Assembly (NCBI GenBank): GCA_951406725.2
Contig: OX597818.1
Coordinates: 33,914,001-33,978,000 of the forward strand
Source of the DNA: Octopus vulgaris
Lineage: Eukaryota
DNA length: 64,000 nucleotides
Direction: 5' to 3'
The notes beneath the pieces were generated by a model, which was given only the letters and a program-made list of their open reading frames with translations, was not told where the DNA came from and ran no database searches. Below, piece by piece: positions 41,467 through 55,023 of the stretch (the stretch's first letter is position 1; every line of letters starts with the position of its first letter). The position numbers and the translations under genes were made by a program.

Positions 41467-41712
41467 GTTGTCTAAGAAACAATGAAAGAGAACGAATGAT
41501 CATCTCATTAGCATTTTAGCCATTATAAAATCTCGAGCAGATATGAAGACCAGCTGAGCAACTATCATTATAATCATCATCAACATCATCCCCACTACCA
41601 CCACCACCACCAGCACTAACACCATCATCATCATCATCATCAACATCATCATCATCATTATCATCACCATCATCATCATCATCATCATCATCGCCATCAC
41701 AATCATCATCAC

Positions 41713-41773
<61 letters not shown>

Positions 41774-41957
41774 GTCGTCGTCATCGTCGTCGTCGTCGTC
41801 GTCATCACTGCCACAACCCTTTCAAAGTGCTTTACTATTTCTCATATTTCAACTATCAACCCGATGTTATTTCCAATTCAGGATTCCTTCAGTCCACTGA
41901 CATCTCGCTTAATTAAAAACAAAGAACACCTCTTCGTATAACAGGCTTTTGAACTAT

Positions 41958-41988
<31 letters not shown>

Positions 41989-42299
41989 GCACACATACAC
42001 ACATAATGCCTATATTCACAGTGTCACGCCTTTCCAATTACCGATATTCTCATCATTCTACAGAATTCTACAGAATTTGATAGCCTTTCCTGGTTTTTCT
42101 ACCTTTACACTCTCTTTTTCTCTTTCTCCTTCTCTTCTTCACCCCCTCCCTCTATTTGTATTTCTTGTATTTCGATTCATCTCTCTTTATCATCTCCTTT
42201 ACGTTTTCCATTTTTCTTTCTTATGTCTTCCATTTTGTTCACTGTTAATCTGCCCTATTCTCTTTTTACTTAGTTCAGAAATATTCTTCCTTTATAGGA

Positions 42300-42459
42300 A
42301 CCGGAGTAGCTGTGTTGCAAGAAGTTTGCCTCTCAAGCACATGGATCCGGGTTCAGACTCACTCCATGGCACCTTGGTCGAGTGTCTTCTACTACAGACT
42401 CGGACCGTCTAAAGTCTTGTGAGTGGATTCGGTAAACGGAAACAGAAAGAAGCTCGTCG

Positions 42460-42460
<1 letters not shown>
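42300..42460 (+). mobile_element. 5' half of SINE family B; probable 3' half at about 44030-44255, split by insertions in its (TA)n
   Basis: Matches 5041-5200; 44060-44255 matches 5290-5490. Confidence 0.7.
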
Positions 42461-42491
<31 letters not shown>

Positions 42492-43029
42492 GATATGTAG
42501 AAAAATACAAACAGGGACAAGAACGCATAACTCTTAGAAGACGATACAATAAACACGGACAGGACATTATATATAATATAAAATGGGACAAGAACGTAAA
42601 ACATCCGGACAGCTAGGTGATACAAAAAGGGACAACAAAACATCCACACAGACGATACAACGAAAACAAGGACGAATCATTCAAAGCTTTCTTCAGTCAA
42701 GCACCAGATTATCCTCGCAATTTCGGCTGATTATTCACGCGCGCGCGCGCACATACATACATACATATATACATACATACAGAATAGGAAAGGGTTTACG
42801 CCACTGGCGATCCAAACTAATCGGCACACTGTCCAAGTGCTCAATTAATAAGCCACTATGATCCAAATTTACAGCAGGGGTCGGAGCTACGGATCCGTAA
42901 CCCACTTCCGGATCAACGGTTATAAATTAAAGCAAGAGGAAAACAAACACCAAGGCAGAACAAGCTTTCTGATAAGCTTGTTCTGCCTTGGTTTTGTTTT
43001 CTTCTTCCTTTAAGATATATATATGTATA

Positions 43030-43422
43030 TATAAACTTAGATAAACTTAGATATGTTTCGACCAAAGATTGGTCCAGGCCATGTCAAACTTAATAGCACC
43101 ACCTGATATGATTATCTAAATCCTGTTTAAGTCAAGTTTTGTTTGTGGTCCATTCAAGTAGTGAGGTTTTGTTGGGTGAGTTGTATCCAATTGTGGGTGG
43201 CTTATCTGGTATTCCTTGAAGGAATCTGTCCAGACTCCGTTTAAAGTTGATGGGATCCTTTTCCTCTTTAATCTCTTTCGGGACAATGTTAAATAGGGCA
43301 GGGCCTGTTGAGGAAACGAAATTTTGTTGCAGTGTACATATATGCTGTGATCCTGAATTGGGCAGGGGACGTATGACCCGTGGTCCCAGTCTTGGATGAA
43401 CCTTGAAGCTAATGTTCAGGTC
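43030..43422 (-). mobile_element. 3' end of a second CR1-like LINE family
   Basis: SSTGPALFNIVPKEIKEEKDPINFKRSLDRFLQGIPDKP; tail ATCTAAGTTT repeats. Confidence 0.75.
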
Positions 43423-43423
43423 G

Positions 43424-43463
<40 letters not shown>

Positions 43464-43902
43464 ACTCCAAGAAAGCTAGAGGTTGTGAATCCAACCCACT
43501 AAGGGATAATATTTATCCAATATACTGCTGGTAGAATACCCAATTATTAATACACAAGTGTTTTTTATTGCATTGCAATTACAATACCTGTTGCACTAAA
43601 TGGGTGAAGGTAAAGAGATATTTTACCATTAATTTATATAGCAATAAGAAATTGGAGGAGAACAATAGGTGGTTCATCAACTTTTAGACATTATATTATG
43701 TTAACTTATTTATTTATTTACTAAACTGATAATTACAATAATATACATACATATAACATATTATATATTATAGCATATTATATATGTTATATGTATGTAT
43801 ATTATTGTAATTATCAGTTTAGTAAATAAATAAATAAGTTAACATAATATAATGTCTAAAAGTTGATGAACCACCTATTGTTCTCCTCCATTTTGCTATA
43901 TA
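43464..43902. repeat. Fold-back element in (TA)n: arms 43653-43761 and 43782-43890 plus one-sided extension
   Basis: About 109-bp reverse-complement arms, TGGAGGAGAACAATAGGTGG.. / ..CCACCTATTGTTCTCCTCCA. Confidence 0.9.
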
Positions 43903-43916
43903 TATATATATATATA

Positions 43917-43983
43917 TCCTTAAATCCTTAAATCCTTAAAAATGTTTTAGCCCGAAGGCCGCGGCCATGCTGGGGCACCTCCG

Positions 43984-43986
<3 letters not shown>
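43917..43986 (-). mobile_element. Extremely truncated CR1-like 3' tail
   Basis: GGAGGTGCCCCAGCATGGCCGCGGCCTTCGGGCT plus (TAAGGATT)n, as at 5598-5660. Confidence 0.8.
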
Positions 43987-44022
<36 letters not shown>

Positions 44023-44427
44023 AGAGTGTATGTGTGTGTGTGTGCGTGTTTGTGTGTGTGTGTCTTTGTGTCCGTCCACCATCACCTCTCTTGACAACAG
44101 CTCTTAGTGTGTTTACATTCCTGTAACTCAGTGGTTCGGCAATAGAGACGGTTAGCAGGTACTGGGATCGATTCCTTCGACTAAAATTCAGTCATGAGAC
44201 TGCAGCCATACTGTGACCGCAGTCAAATGGCTGAATCAAGCCAAAGATAAAAGATTTTTCTCTGTCTTGTCGCTTCTCTCCTGTCTTCTGCGTACTTTCC
44301 TTTAAAGTCTTCTTCTCCTTCTCACGCATATTTCCTTTCATGTTTCACATCCTCTTTTTGTCTCCCTTTCTGATCATACTCTTGACCATACATTTGGCTA
44401 TATATCACTTGTTTGTTCCTTCTCAAG

Positions 44428-44712
44428 TCATACCTGGTTCATAGGATCGATTTCCGGGTTTCCTTGGCGTATAGGTTCCCCACCTGAACGGGACGCCGAT
44501 CCGTCGCAGGTAAGCTGCAAGATGCAGGAGGAAAAAATGAGAGAAAGTTGTGGTGAAAGAGTCAGCAGAAGTTCGCCATTACCTTCTGCCGGAGCCGCGT
44601 GGAGCTTAGGTATTTCGCTCATAAACACGCACGTCGCCCGATCTGAGATTCGAACCCGCGATACCTCGACCGCGAGTCCGCTGCTCTAACCACTAGGTCA
44701 TGTGCCTCCACA
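44428..44712 (-). mobile_element. tRNA-derived SINE family D
   Basis: Reverse complement TGTGGAGGCACATGACCTAGTGGTTAGAGCAGCGGACTCG..GGTTCGAATCTC. Confidence 0.8.
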
Positions 44713-44744
44713 TGTATCACTTACTTCATCATATTTTCCCCATC

Positions 44745-45300
44745 TATAATCTCTCCCTTCTCCCCCTCTCTCTCTCTCTCTCTTTGCTTCTCCTTTCCTC
44801 ACTCTCACGTATCCTCCTCCCCTCATATTTTTCTCTGTCATTCGCTATTTCTTGCTCCCACTTTTTGCATCTTCCTTTCACATTATCGTCTCTTTTCTTC
44901 CCTTCTCCCTTTCTCTCTCTCTACCTTCCCCTCCCCTCTCTCACTCTCTTTCTCTCTATCTATCTCTTTGCTTCTCCTTTCCTCACTCTCTCGTATCCTC
45001 CTCCCCTCATACTTTTCTGTGTCATTCGCTATCACATGCTCCCACTTTTTGCATCTTCCTTTCACATTATCGTCTCATCTCTCTCCATCTCCTCCCTTTC
45101 TCTCTATCTCTTTCTATCTTTCTACCTTCCTCTCAAACCTCTCACTCTCTTTATCAATTTCTCCCCCTCTCTCTCTCTCTCTCTCTCTTTGCTCCTCCTT
45201 TCTTCATTCTCTCCTATACTCCTCCCCTCATACATTTCTCTGACACTCACTACCTCTTGTTCTCACATTTTGTTTCTTCCTTTCACATTATAGTCTTTTC
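44745..45300. repeat. Three-copy pyrimidine-rich tandem repeat, period about 185-220 bp
   Basis: CTTTGCT(T)CTCCTTTC..CTCCTCCCCTCATA..TTCCTTTCACATTAT starts near 44782, 44966 and 45187. Confidence 0.85.
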
Positions 45301-45774
45301 TCTCCCCCTCATTTCCCTTTCCTTATCTCCATCGTCTTTTCTCTTTCGTCCTCTTTGTTTCCGGCTCCTTCTTTACTTCCTTACTTCTTTTACCTTCTCT
45401 CTTATGTGCCCCCTGGAACATTCTGTCTCCCTTATGTCCCCCTCACCCTCTCTCTTCTTCATTCATTTACCTCTGCCCTACCTTCAATCAATCAATACAT
45501 AGATGTACAGAACAAAAATAGAATAAAATAAGATAAAATAATGCAAACAAAAAGAAAAGAAAACAATAAAATATTAAAAAGGTGCGCAGTTGCGAATGGT
45601 GTTAAGGAGAAAGAAACAAAAAAGAAGGGGAGAAGAGATGGAAAAAAGAGAGAGTGAGGTGAGAGGTGAGTTGGTTTAAGGAATTAAGGCAAAAGGCAGA
45701 GATGAAAGAGACTGGCAAAATAGTAGGGGAAAAAAAGAAGAAGAACGTTGCATGAGAGGAAAGAAGACGAAGTG

Positions 45775-45811
45775 GAAAGAAGAAGAAGAAGAAGAAGAAG
45801 AAGAAGAAGAA

Positions 45812-45842
<31 letters not shown>

Positions 45843-46196
45843 AAGAAGAAGAAGAAGAAGAAGAAGATGGAGGAGGAGAAGGAGAAGATAAAGTGGAGTG
45901 GAAGAAGAAGAAGAAGAAGAAGAAGAAGAAGAAGAAGAAGAAGAAGAAGGCAATGGATGAAGTTGAAGACGATGAGGAGGTCCATTATTCTCATCACGAC
46001 GATGATCATGATATGACGATGGTGGTAGTGATGCTGACTATGATGATGAAGACGACGACGATGACGATGATGATGCTGCTGCTGCTGACGATGATGATGA
46101 TGAATTAGCTGTAGCAGCACTGGCAGCAGCAGTAGTAGTAGTAGTAGTAGTGGTAGTAGAAGCAGTAGTAGTAGTGGCAGCAGCAGCAGCAGCAAC

Positions 46197-46283
<87 letters not shown>

Positions 46284-46504
46284 TGCAGTGGCTGCTGTTG
46301 ATCCGGACACCATCTTTACCATAAAGTAGGAAGATGATCAAAGGAATTCCAAATGTAAGCAACCTGTCTTGTACTCAAACTAAGAGTATCTAGGAATACA
46401 CTATTACAATGTATCCTGCTTTTGCTAAGAGAAAATAAGTCTGATTTGAGGGCGATTTCACTACTATTTCTAACTACTTCAAGCGACTTTGTACATTCCT
46501 TCCT

Positions 46505-46536
<32 letters not shown>

Positions 46537-46689
46537 TTACTGCAACCACTACTACAGCCAATACTACCACTATCACTACAATTATTACTACTACCAAAAC
46601 TACCACCACCGCTAACACTACCACCACCACCATTACTATTACAACTACTACTACTACCACCAACACCGGCACCACTACCACTACCATAG

Positions 46690-46722
<33 letters not shown>

Positions 46723-46788
46723 TTACTACTACTATTTCAGCTACTACTACCATCACCACCAATAACAACAACACTACTACCACCATTG

Positions 46789-46830
<42 letters not shown>

Positions 46831-47007
46831 TCAGTCACTTCTACCGCCGCCACTACCATTAATACTACTCTTACTACTACTACTACTTCTATCACCACCG
46901 TCACTACCACCACCACCACACACTACCACCACTACCATTACTTCTATAACAACTACTACTGTTGCTGCAGCTGCTATTGTTGTTGTTGCTTCTGCTATTG
47001 CTGCTGC

Positions 47008-47043
<36 letters not shown>

Positions 47044-47090
47044 ACTTGAGGCTATAACCGTTGCTGTTGCTTCAGTTACTGCTACTGCTG

Positions 47091-47122
<32 letters not shown>

Positions 47123-47125
47123 AGC
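45775..47125. repeat. Compound trinucleotide array: (GAA)n, (GAT)n, (TAG)n, (CTA)n, (CTG)n
   Basis: Directly visible. Confidence 0.95.
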
Positions 47126-47272
47126 GTCAGCAGTAATGGAATATGATGACAACGTAGAAAAAAAAAGCAAATCAAGATTAATAGAAATATAAATATATGC
47201 GAGTAGAGGTAGGAGGAGATAAGATTAGGAGGGGGTAAGTGAGGTGAAGATATAAAGGACAGGCAAAGAGTT

Positions 47273-47317
<45 letters not shown>

Positions 47318-47698
47318 AAAAGAGACAGACAAGCAGACAGACAGACAGACAGACAGACAGAGGGATGCGAAAAGGGGATAAAGAGTGAAAAATAGGGTCA
47401 AAGAGAAAAAGACTAGTGGGGGGGAGTGCAGTTTAGGGAGAGGTGTTCTTACAGGAATAAAGTGTCAGGGGAGAGAATCGATAGATTAAAGAAGAAACAA
47501 ACGCAACAACAAAGGAGGAGGAGGAGGAGAAAGAGGAGGTGAAGGAGGAGAAGGTGGAGGAGGGCGAGAAAGCAGGTGAATAGGGAATGAAGATTAATAG
47601 TCGGTAATCCTGAAGGTGTGCGTGTCTGTGTGTGCGCGCATACATAGGTATATCTACACAAATATATGCATACATACATACATACAGTTGTATGTATG

Positions 47699-47739
<41 letters not shown>

Positions 47740-47872
47740 GTATATATATGTATATATATGTATATATATGTATATATATATATGTATATATATATACCTA
47801 TATATATACACACACACATATATATATATATATATACCTATATATATATATATATACACACGCACACACACA

Positions 47873-47917
<45 letters not shown>

Positions 47918-48021
47918 GAATGTATCCATATATTTTTATGCGTAGGTACATATATATCTATATACATATGTACATATATTTGTATATACACAGACACAGA
48001 AGCACACACATTTATATAGGA

Positions 48022-48073
<52 letters not shown>

Positions 48074-48809
48074 CAGTGACTGTGTGTGCGTGAGTGTGCG
48101 TGCGTATAAATATATATGTATATATATACATCCAGACGTACTTACATGTATGTATTTATATATACACATACCTGTCTTTTATGTATTTTTACATACATAT
48201 TATGTATGTGTGTGTGTGTGTGTGTGTGCTTCGTAGGCAAGCAATTGCCAAAGATATACAATAAACTTCCCAAGACATTCGTTTTTAGGATGACTTATTA
48301 TCAAAATAAATATTCCATTACTTTGGGTTAGCTTTTAAGCAATTTGTTTCTTTCCGGGGAACCATATTTCTAGGTTTTCCAGCCTTCCATATATACAAGT
48401 ATTCCTTTTTCGTGAACACTTTCTTCGCTTCTATATTTAGCCTATATACATATGTACATGCATCTGCGAGCCATCTTTATGGCTGTGTCTATATGCCTCT
48501 TGGTGTGTGTCTTTTCATATGTATACAATGTATAGTTATCAGCATTAAATGAACGCACGCGCAGACACTCACATACATATATAATTTACATATATGAATG
48601 TATGTGTATGTGAGTGGGTATATAAATATATATATATATGCAAGTGTATGTATAGACATGTAGGCAAAATGAGACCCTGTATGTATATATATATATATGC
48701 ACAGAGAGAGAGAGAGGGGAGAGAGAGAGAGGGGAGAGAGAGAGAGCGAAAAATACCTTTTCAATGCAGATAATTTGAAATTATGATACATAAATAAATA
48801 AATAAATAA

Positions 48810-48840
<31 letters not shown>

Positions 48841-49103
48841 TACATACATACATATCATACATACATACATACATACATACATACATACATACATACATAC
48901 ATACATACATACATACATACACATATATATAGCGTACTTTAAAATTATTCTGCATTATAAAAGGTTTTTTACATTCATTTCTATCGTTCTCATTTGCAAA
49001 GAATTTTGTTTTTTTCTAATAAAATATTTACAGAATTTCTCTAAATTTCTGGGATAAATGTTAGATTCTATATAGTGCATATACTTCAGTTTGACTCTCT
49101 CTG

Positions 49104-49166
<63 letters not shown>

Positions 49167-49197
49167 ATATATATATATATATATATATACGTGTATA

Positions 49198-51160
49198 CAG
49201 ACCTGGGCCTAAGCCCGTTAATCGTTAATTAAAGAAGTTAACATTTTCGTTAACGATTTAACTTTTAAGTTAACTTTGAGAATCATTATCGGATTAAATA
49301 ACTTCCGTTACATTTAGCTTCGGTTAACTTAGGTCCATTAACCCAAAAATTTCATAAAAACCGGTAAACGTTTAAAATTTTCTTTTTTTTTTCAGATTTT
49401 TTTTTTCTGAAATCTTTAAATTTTTCATTTTCATTCCATCTAGTTTCAGCTCACGAGCTGTGGCCATGCACCGCCATTCAATGTTTTTATTGTTTCCGTT
49501 GTTTTCAAATATTTTGGTGTGAACGCAAATAGCTGTTACGTGGTAGCAGGACATGGTAGAAATAGCAGATAAATCTTTCCTTTCCTGGAAAAACGAACCG
49601 TTTACACGTGATTTCGGTGTCACTTTCGTTGAAAGCATGCAAAATAACTTGGAAAAGAGTAAAAAAAGACCCATGAAACAAAACTCCTTTGGTGGGAAAC
49701 TTCGAGGCCCCCACCACCCCTCCAACCTTTCTTTTTCGGAAAAAAATGTGGCTTGCGGTGGATTTGGAGGTCAGATACATTTAATGCATTGGGAAAAACT
49801 GTGGAAAAAAATTATTCGACACTGAGGTACGAAATATTTACCGAAAAAATAGAATCTTGTACCGATTATACCTGTATTCTAATTAATTCAAATGAATGTA
49901 CCTCATCTTGAAAAGTGGAAAAAAATATTTTCGGTTGCCATCCTGGATAATTTTAGTAACAAGTCAAATAGTTAAGATGCATTAATAATTTCAATTTTAG
50001 TGTTTATCCATAATGTTGTTGCTCTTACACCTGTTAATGGGAATTACCAGCCCGTAAAAGTCAAATTTACTCAGCAAGATCACCTAAAATTACATAGCTA
50101 TAAACCAGTGATATATAAAGCACCCACTGACAAAATTTCAATTCTGCATGTAAAATATTTACAAAGTTACAAGCAAATATTGTTGGAACCCCTCTTGAAC
50201 CTTAATAGTTCAAAATAACGTGATCAAATAAGCATTACATTTGACAGATTAATATGATCACTAAAGATGAGTTTAAGTGTTTCTTTTTTCTTACACACAT
50301 AACACGGCCTCGTTCGGTTGGAACTACACGTGTATTACTTTGACATCATCATTCCATAAAATTTGTTTATAGGGAGAAAAATATTGAAAAATTTTAATAG
50401 ATGTGTGAGTGAGAAGAAACTTGGAGAGATGTTTTGAGATGTGGCAGAAACGACAGCCATATCTCCTTTAAATCACACATTTTCCTCTGAAAGTATTTTA
50501 CAATTTTTCTTTTAAACCGAAAATGTTTCTCGCGGGTTTTAAGTGCGTAGTGAAAATAACACAAAGCCCGATATCGTTTTGGATTGGGGTGGTGAGGGGG
50601 TGGCGGGACTGAAAAAAAATTTTTTTTTCCCCTTTTTTTCATGAAAAGATGCCTCCCATCGTTCGGAAGACTTTGGTGGAAAACATTTGAAAAAGTCCGT
50701 CCAACGGCAGAAATTTCAACTTACGTGGGCCGTCTGATCCGAAACTCTGTTTTCCTCTGCTTCCTTCCAAAACTTTTGCCTACAAATTTCTTTGTAATCG
50801 TAATTTACACCGTTTGAAAGGTATTTGTATAAAATTTCTTTAAAAAATACCTGTTTTCTAGAAAGTTATGAGGAGGAAAATCTCGGGTCCTGGGAATTTT
50901 CTGAAACCCCTCTCTGCATCACTCGGAATATTTTTTCCAACACATCTTTACATATAATCAATCTACAGGATAAAAGCGATTATTTGGGGAACATTTCGTT
51001 AGAAACTATCCGATTTTCTAGAAGTTATGAGGCAACAAACTCGGTGTGGTATTAAACTGTAGTTACACCTTTTTTCAATAAAAGTTAACGTTAACGGATT
51101 AACGTCAACTTCTGTTACATTTTCAAAGACTTAACAGATTAACGACTAACAAAGTTAACA
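49198..51160. mobile_element. Putative non-autonomous DNA transposon (hAT-like left end) with subterminal GTTAAC arrays
   Basis: Starts CAGACCTGGGC; TTAAC/GTTAA motifs cluster at 49215-49370 and 51080-51160; no microsatellites inside; right TIR not found. Confidence 0.6.
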
Positions 51161-51190
51161 TGTATACACACACACACATATATATATATA

Positions 51191-51751
51191 TAATTTACAA
51201 AATAAGGGCAAAAGAAAAATTCTAATGCCAAATATGCTGAAAAAAAGACAAAATTGTCAATAACCATTATAATTTATGCGTCTCGAAACAAATCGATAGA
51301 AATTTTTTAAAATATCCGTTATTAGAAAGTTTCTAGTTCGAATCACACGTGTCTCGAGATGTGCTGAAGATTTTCTATTTTGGATATATTTGGGGTACTT
51401 AGGTCTGCTCAGGACTTAGTGCTTGCTTTTTCCATGGGTATGAGTAAGTATTTCATTTATATCTCGCGTATTTATCACTTAAGAGGGGAAAATTCTTATG
51501 AATTAACCCCGAAATTGGGACCAATACGGTACTAACGGATTTTTTAGAAATTTCTATCGGTTTGTTTCGAGACGCATAAATTATAATGGTTATTGACAAT
51601 TTTGTCTTTTTTTCGGCATATTTGGCATTAGAACTTTTTTCTTTTGCCTTTATTTTGTAAATTATTTATAAATTTAACCTTTAAAGCTATTTTTTGATAT
51701 GCTGACCATTGATAAAATTTTTTTCCCGAAAAAAATTTTATGCTGCATTAG

Positions 51752-51752
<1 letters not shown>
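51191..51752 (+). mobile_element. PLE-like fold-back element in (TA)n: arms 51191-51321 and 51533-51664
   Basis: About 130-bp inverted arms, 210-bp spacer containing a hammerhead-like motif, 3' extension to 51752. Confidence 0.8.
51473..51531 (+). ncRNA. Decayed type I hammerhead-like motif
   Basis: Stem I TATCA/CGGTA (one mismatch, one wobble), core CTTAAGA (G5 lost), stem II GGGG/CCCC, GAAA, stem III ATTG/CAAT, ATA site. Confidence 0.55.
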
Positions 51753-51812
<60 letters not shown>

Positions 51813-51966
51813 CATATATTTAAACGTGTATGTATGTACATGTATGTACATGTATGTATGTACATGTATGTATGTATATGTATGTATATATAAGTCTATA
51901 TACATGCGTTTGTGCACATATATATATATACTTGCATGCGTACAACGGATGCAGAGAGATAGATAA

Positions 51967-52020
<54 letters not shown>

Positions 52021-52530
52021 GTGTATGTATATTTTTCAGTCATCTTAAACCAATGTTTTTATAGATTATTTGTATCACTGTACGCATGTGTTCCTGTGAG
52101 GATTTTATATATATATACACACACACATACCCACCTATGTGTGTGTATATATGTATGTATATGTATGTATATATATATATCAAACAATAATATACAAATA
52201 TATAAATTTGAGAATGTGCCAGTATGTTGTTAGCGTTTTCCTGTCTTCTTTATTTCCTTTTGCACAGGAAATTTTTCTATAATATATTTTAACATATTTG
52301 TGAGTTGTCTGTGTCTATTCACAATATATATTTGTATACTTACATACATATGTATATACATACATTTATTTATTTATTTAATGTCTTTATAAAATTCTTT
52401 CCTCCACCTCACTTCCCACCGCACTCTAGAGACCACTCGAATAAAAACCGATATTCACTTTCTGCCAATCCTGCGAAACATACATATTAAGAATGTCTTA
52501 AGACGCTACACTAACGCAAAATGATAAACA

Positions 52531-52565
<35 letters not shown>

Positions 52566-52953
52566 AAAAAAGAAATTGATTTGTTTTATTGTGAAAGTTA
52601 TGATTTTTTTTTTCATTTATTCAATTATATATTTATTCCATTTTATAGTCATTCAATTTATTTATTTTATTTTATTTTATTTATTTTATTTTATTTTATT
52701 TATTTTATTTAAATTTTTTTTATTTATTTAGTTTTTTTTCTTTTCTGTTCCCCACCAATTATACAAGCACCTATTTCATGTTGCCTTTTAGACGACATAT
52801 TTTTATATGTGCTGCGTGTAGTTTCTATTTGCTTTTCATCTCATTTCTTTCTTTTAATTGCTTCTTCTCTCTTTCTATCCCCCTCTCTCTCGTTCTTGTT
52901 CACTATCTGTCTATCTCTTTATCTCATTCTCGTTCAGTGTCTGTCTATTTCTT

Positions 52954-53008
<55 letters not shown>

Positions 53009-53125
53009 ACAATTTTTCTCTCTCTCTCTTTATTTCTCACTCTCTCGGAATATTACTCCTACTACAACTATTACAACTACTGCCGCTACTGGTAGTAGTA
53101 GTAGCATAGCAGTAGTAGTAGCAGC

Positions 53126-53181
<56 letters not shown>

Positions 53182-54089
53182 AAGTGTGTAGTAATGATTG
53201 CGATGGTGCTGGTCGTCGTAGTCGTCGTCATCGTACTGGTGGTGCTGCTGGTGCTGCAGATGCTGGTAGTGGGGCTGGTGGTGCTGGTGGATGGCAGCTG
53301 TGGCGTTGGAGGTGGTGGTGGTAGTGGTTGTGGTCGTTGTCGTGGTGCTGGCAGGGTTTTGATGGTGATAATGAAGATGTGAATGATGATGATGATGATG
53401 AGGAGGAGGAGGAGGAGGAGGATTATGATGATGGTGGTGGTGGTGGTGGTGGTGGTTATCATGGTCAGGGTAGGAGAGTTGGTGGAAGATGTGGAAGATA
53501 CCGATGATGATGTTGATGATGATTATGACGTTGACGACGGCGACGACGACAGCGAAGACCACGACACAGTTGTCGCCATCATTTCTACCTCTTCCGGCTC
53601 CCATATATTTTATCATTATCATAAATATTTCTTTGCAACGGTATCGCATATTTAAGACCGAGTGAAGAAAAAGGCTTTCTACGGTGTGCTGTCGTTGTTG
53701 TTGTGGTGGTGGTTTTTGTGGCTGTGGTTGTTGCGGTTGTTGTTGTTGTTGTGGCTGTGGTTGTTGCGGTTGTTATTGTTGTTGTTGTGGCTGTGGTTGT
53801 TTGTTTTTAAGACCACTTAAGGCATAAGTGAAATGAAAGGGCTTTAAGCAAGAACTGAAACCATTTTTGTGTCCGTCGGCATTGCGTGCCTTGAAATCGC
53901 TTCTTACCTTAAATACAATACTCCTGCTTTGTTATATATGCACATACATAGATACACACAAAGACTGATCAAGCCAACGAGAGATCTTTTACACGGTCAC
54001 TCGACCTGCTAGAAATAGCAACAAATTACATATTCTCACCAAGAGCATTATCAACAAGAATGAAAGAAAATAGTCTCTAAATATTGGCT

Positions 54090-54300
54090 TCCAATATCGG
54101 CGTTTGGTGCAAATTGCTGACTTCAGTATGTTGGTCAACAAAGCACTGTATCTTGCATTGTTGATCGTACACCCCTTTTCCAGGTAGTCTAGGTAGTCTT
54201 CCAGTATAGGCAGCATTGAAGACTGAGTCTAGAATTTCTTCATCGCTGGTAACCCAGGATGTTTCTACTCCATACTCTGTCTTTTAGATTCTGCCTCATA
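54090..54300 (-). pseudogene. Mariner transposase fragment
   Basis: DYLEKGCTINNARYSALLTNILKSAICTKRR matches the mariner DYLEKG.TIN..YY..LL..L..AI..KR pattern. Confidence 0.7.
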
Positions 54301-54305
54301 AAGTT

Positions 54306-54550
54306 GTGGAGTCATGTGGCTTCGTGGTTATGGTGCTGGACTCATGATTGTAAGATTGTGGTTTCGATTCCTGGATCGGGCACTGCATTGTGTTCTTGAG
54401 CAAAACACTTCATTTCACTTTGCTCCAGTCCACTCAGCAGGCAAAAATGAGTAATCCTGCGAAGGGTCGGTGTCCCGTCCAGGTGGAGAATTTCTACGCC
54501 ACTAAAACTGGGAAACCGGCCCTTATGAGCCTGGCATGGCTCAAGAAGGA
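54306..54550 (+). mobile_element. tRNA-derived SINE family C variant
   Basis: GTGGCTTCGTGGTTA, GTTTCGATTCC, TTGAGCAAAACACTTCATTTCAC; 3' part resembles 19915-20020 and 29430-29490. Confidence 0.75.
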
Positions 54551-54968
54551 AGCATTTCCTTTGGCAATGTGTTGTTATTTTGTCGCCTAAAAGAACGTAC
54601 GAGAATAAATGAACTTCATATTTACCATCAGTCTGTTCATATTAAATATCGCCACTGAAGCATACCACTAGTATAATTTGCTGCCTGCAACACTGCAGCT
54701 AGAGAGTTTACCATATCTTTTATCATTCTTTATATTCCGCGTTTTTGGCTCGCACAGACTTTGGACTGCCGTTAAGCTGGTAGACCACCTTGAAGGCTTC
54801 AGCAGATCAAATTGACGCCTGCAGAGTTCTTTTTTTTATAAAAAATGTCTTGTGACTTATTGTATCTGTCTCTTTACGAGAAACGCTACTTTCTGGAAAC
54901 GTGTGGTTGGGTCGCAAATCCAAGCACGCACATACACAGATATCTACACACACACACACATACCCTCA

Positions 54969-55023
<55 letters not shown>

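Noticed and set aside
42700-42735. Minus-strand CAGCCGAAATTGC as a hammerhead 3' half
   Set aside because: No CUGANGA half and no clear NUH site.
53037-53800. His/Gly/Asp-rich ORFs in a trinucleotide mosaic
   Set aside because: Low complexity in all frames; no evidence of coding constraint.
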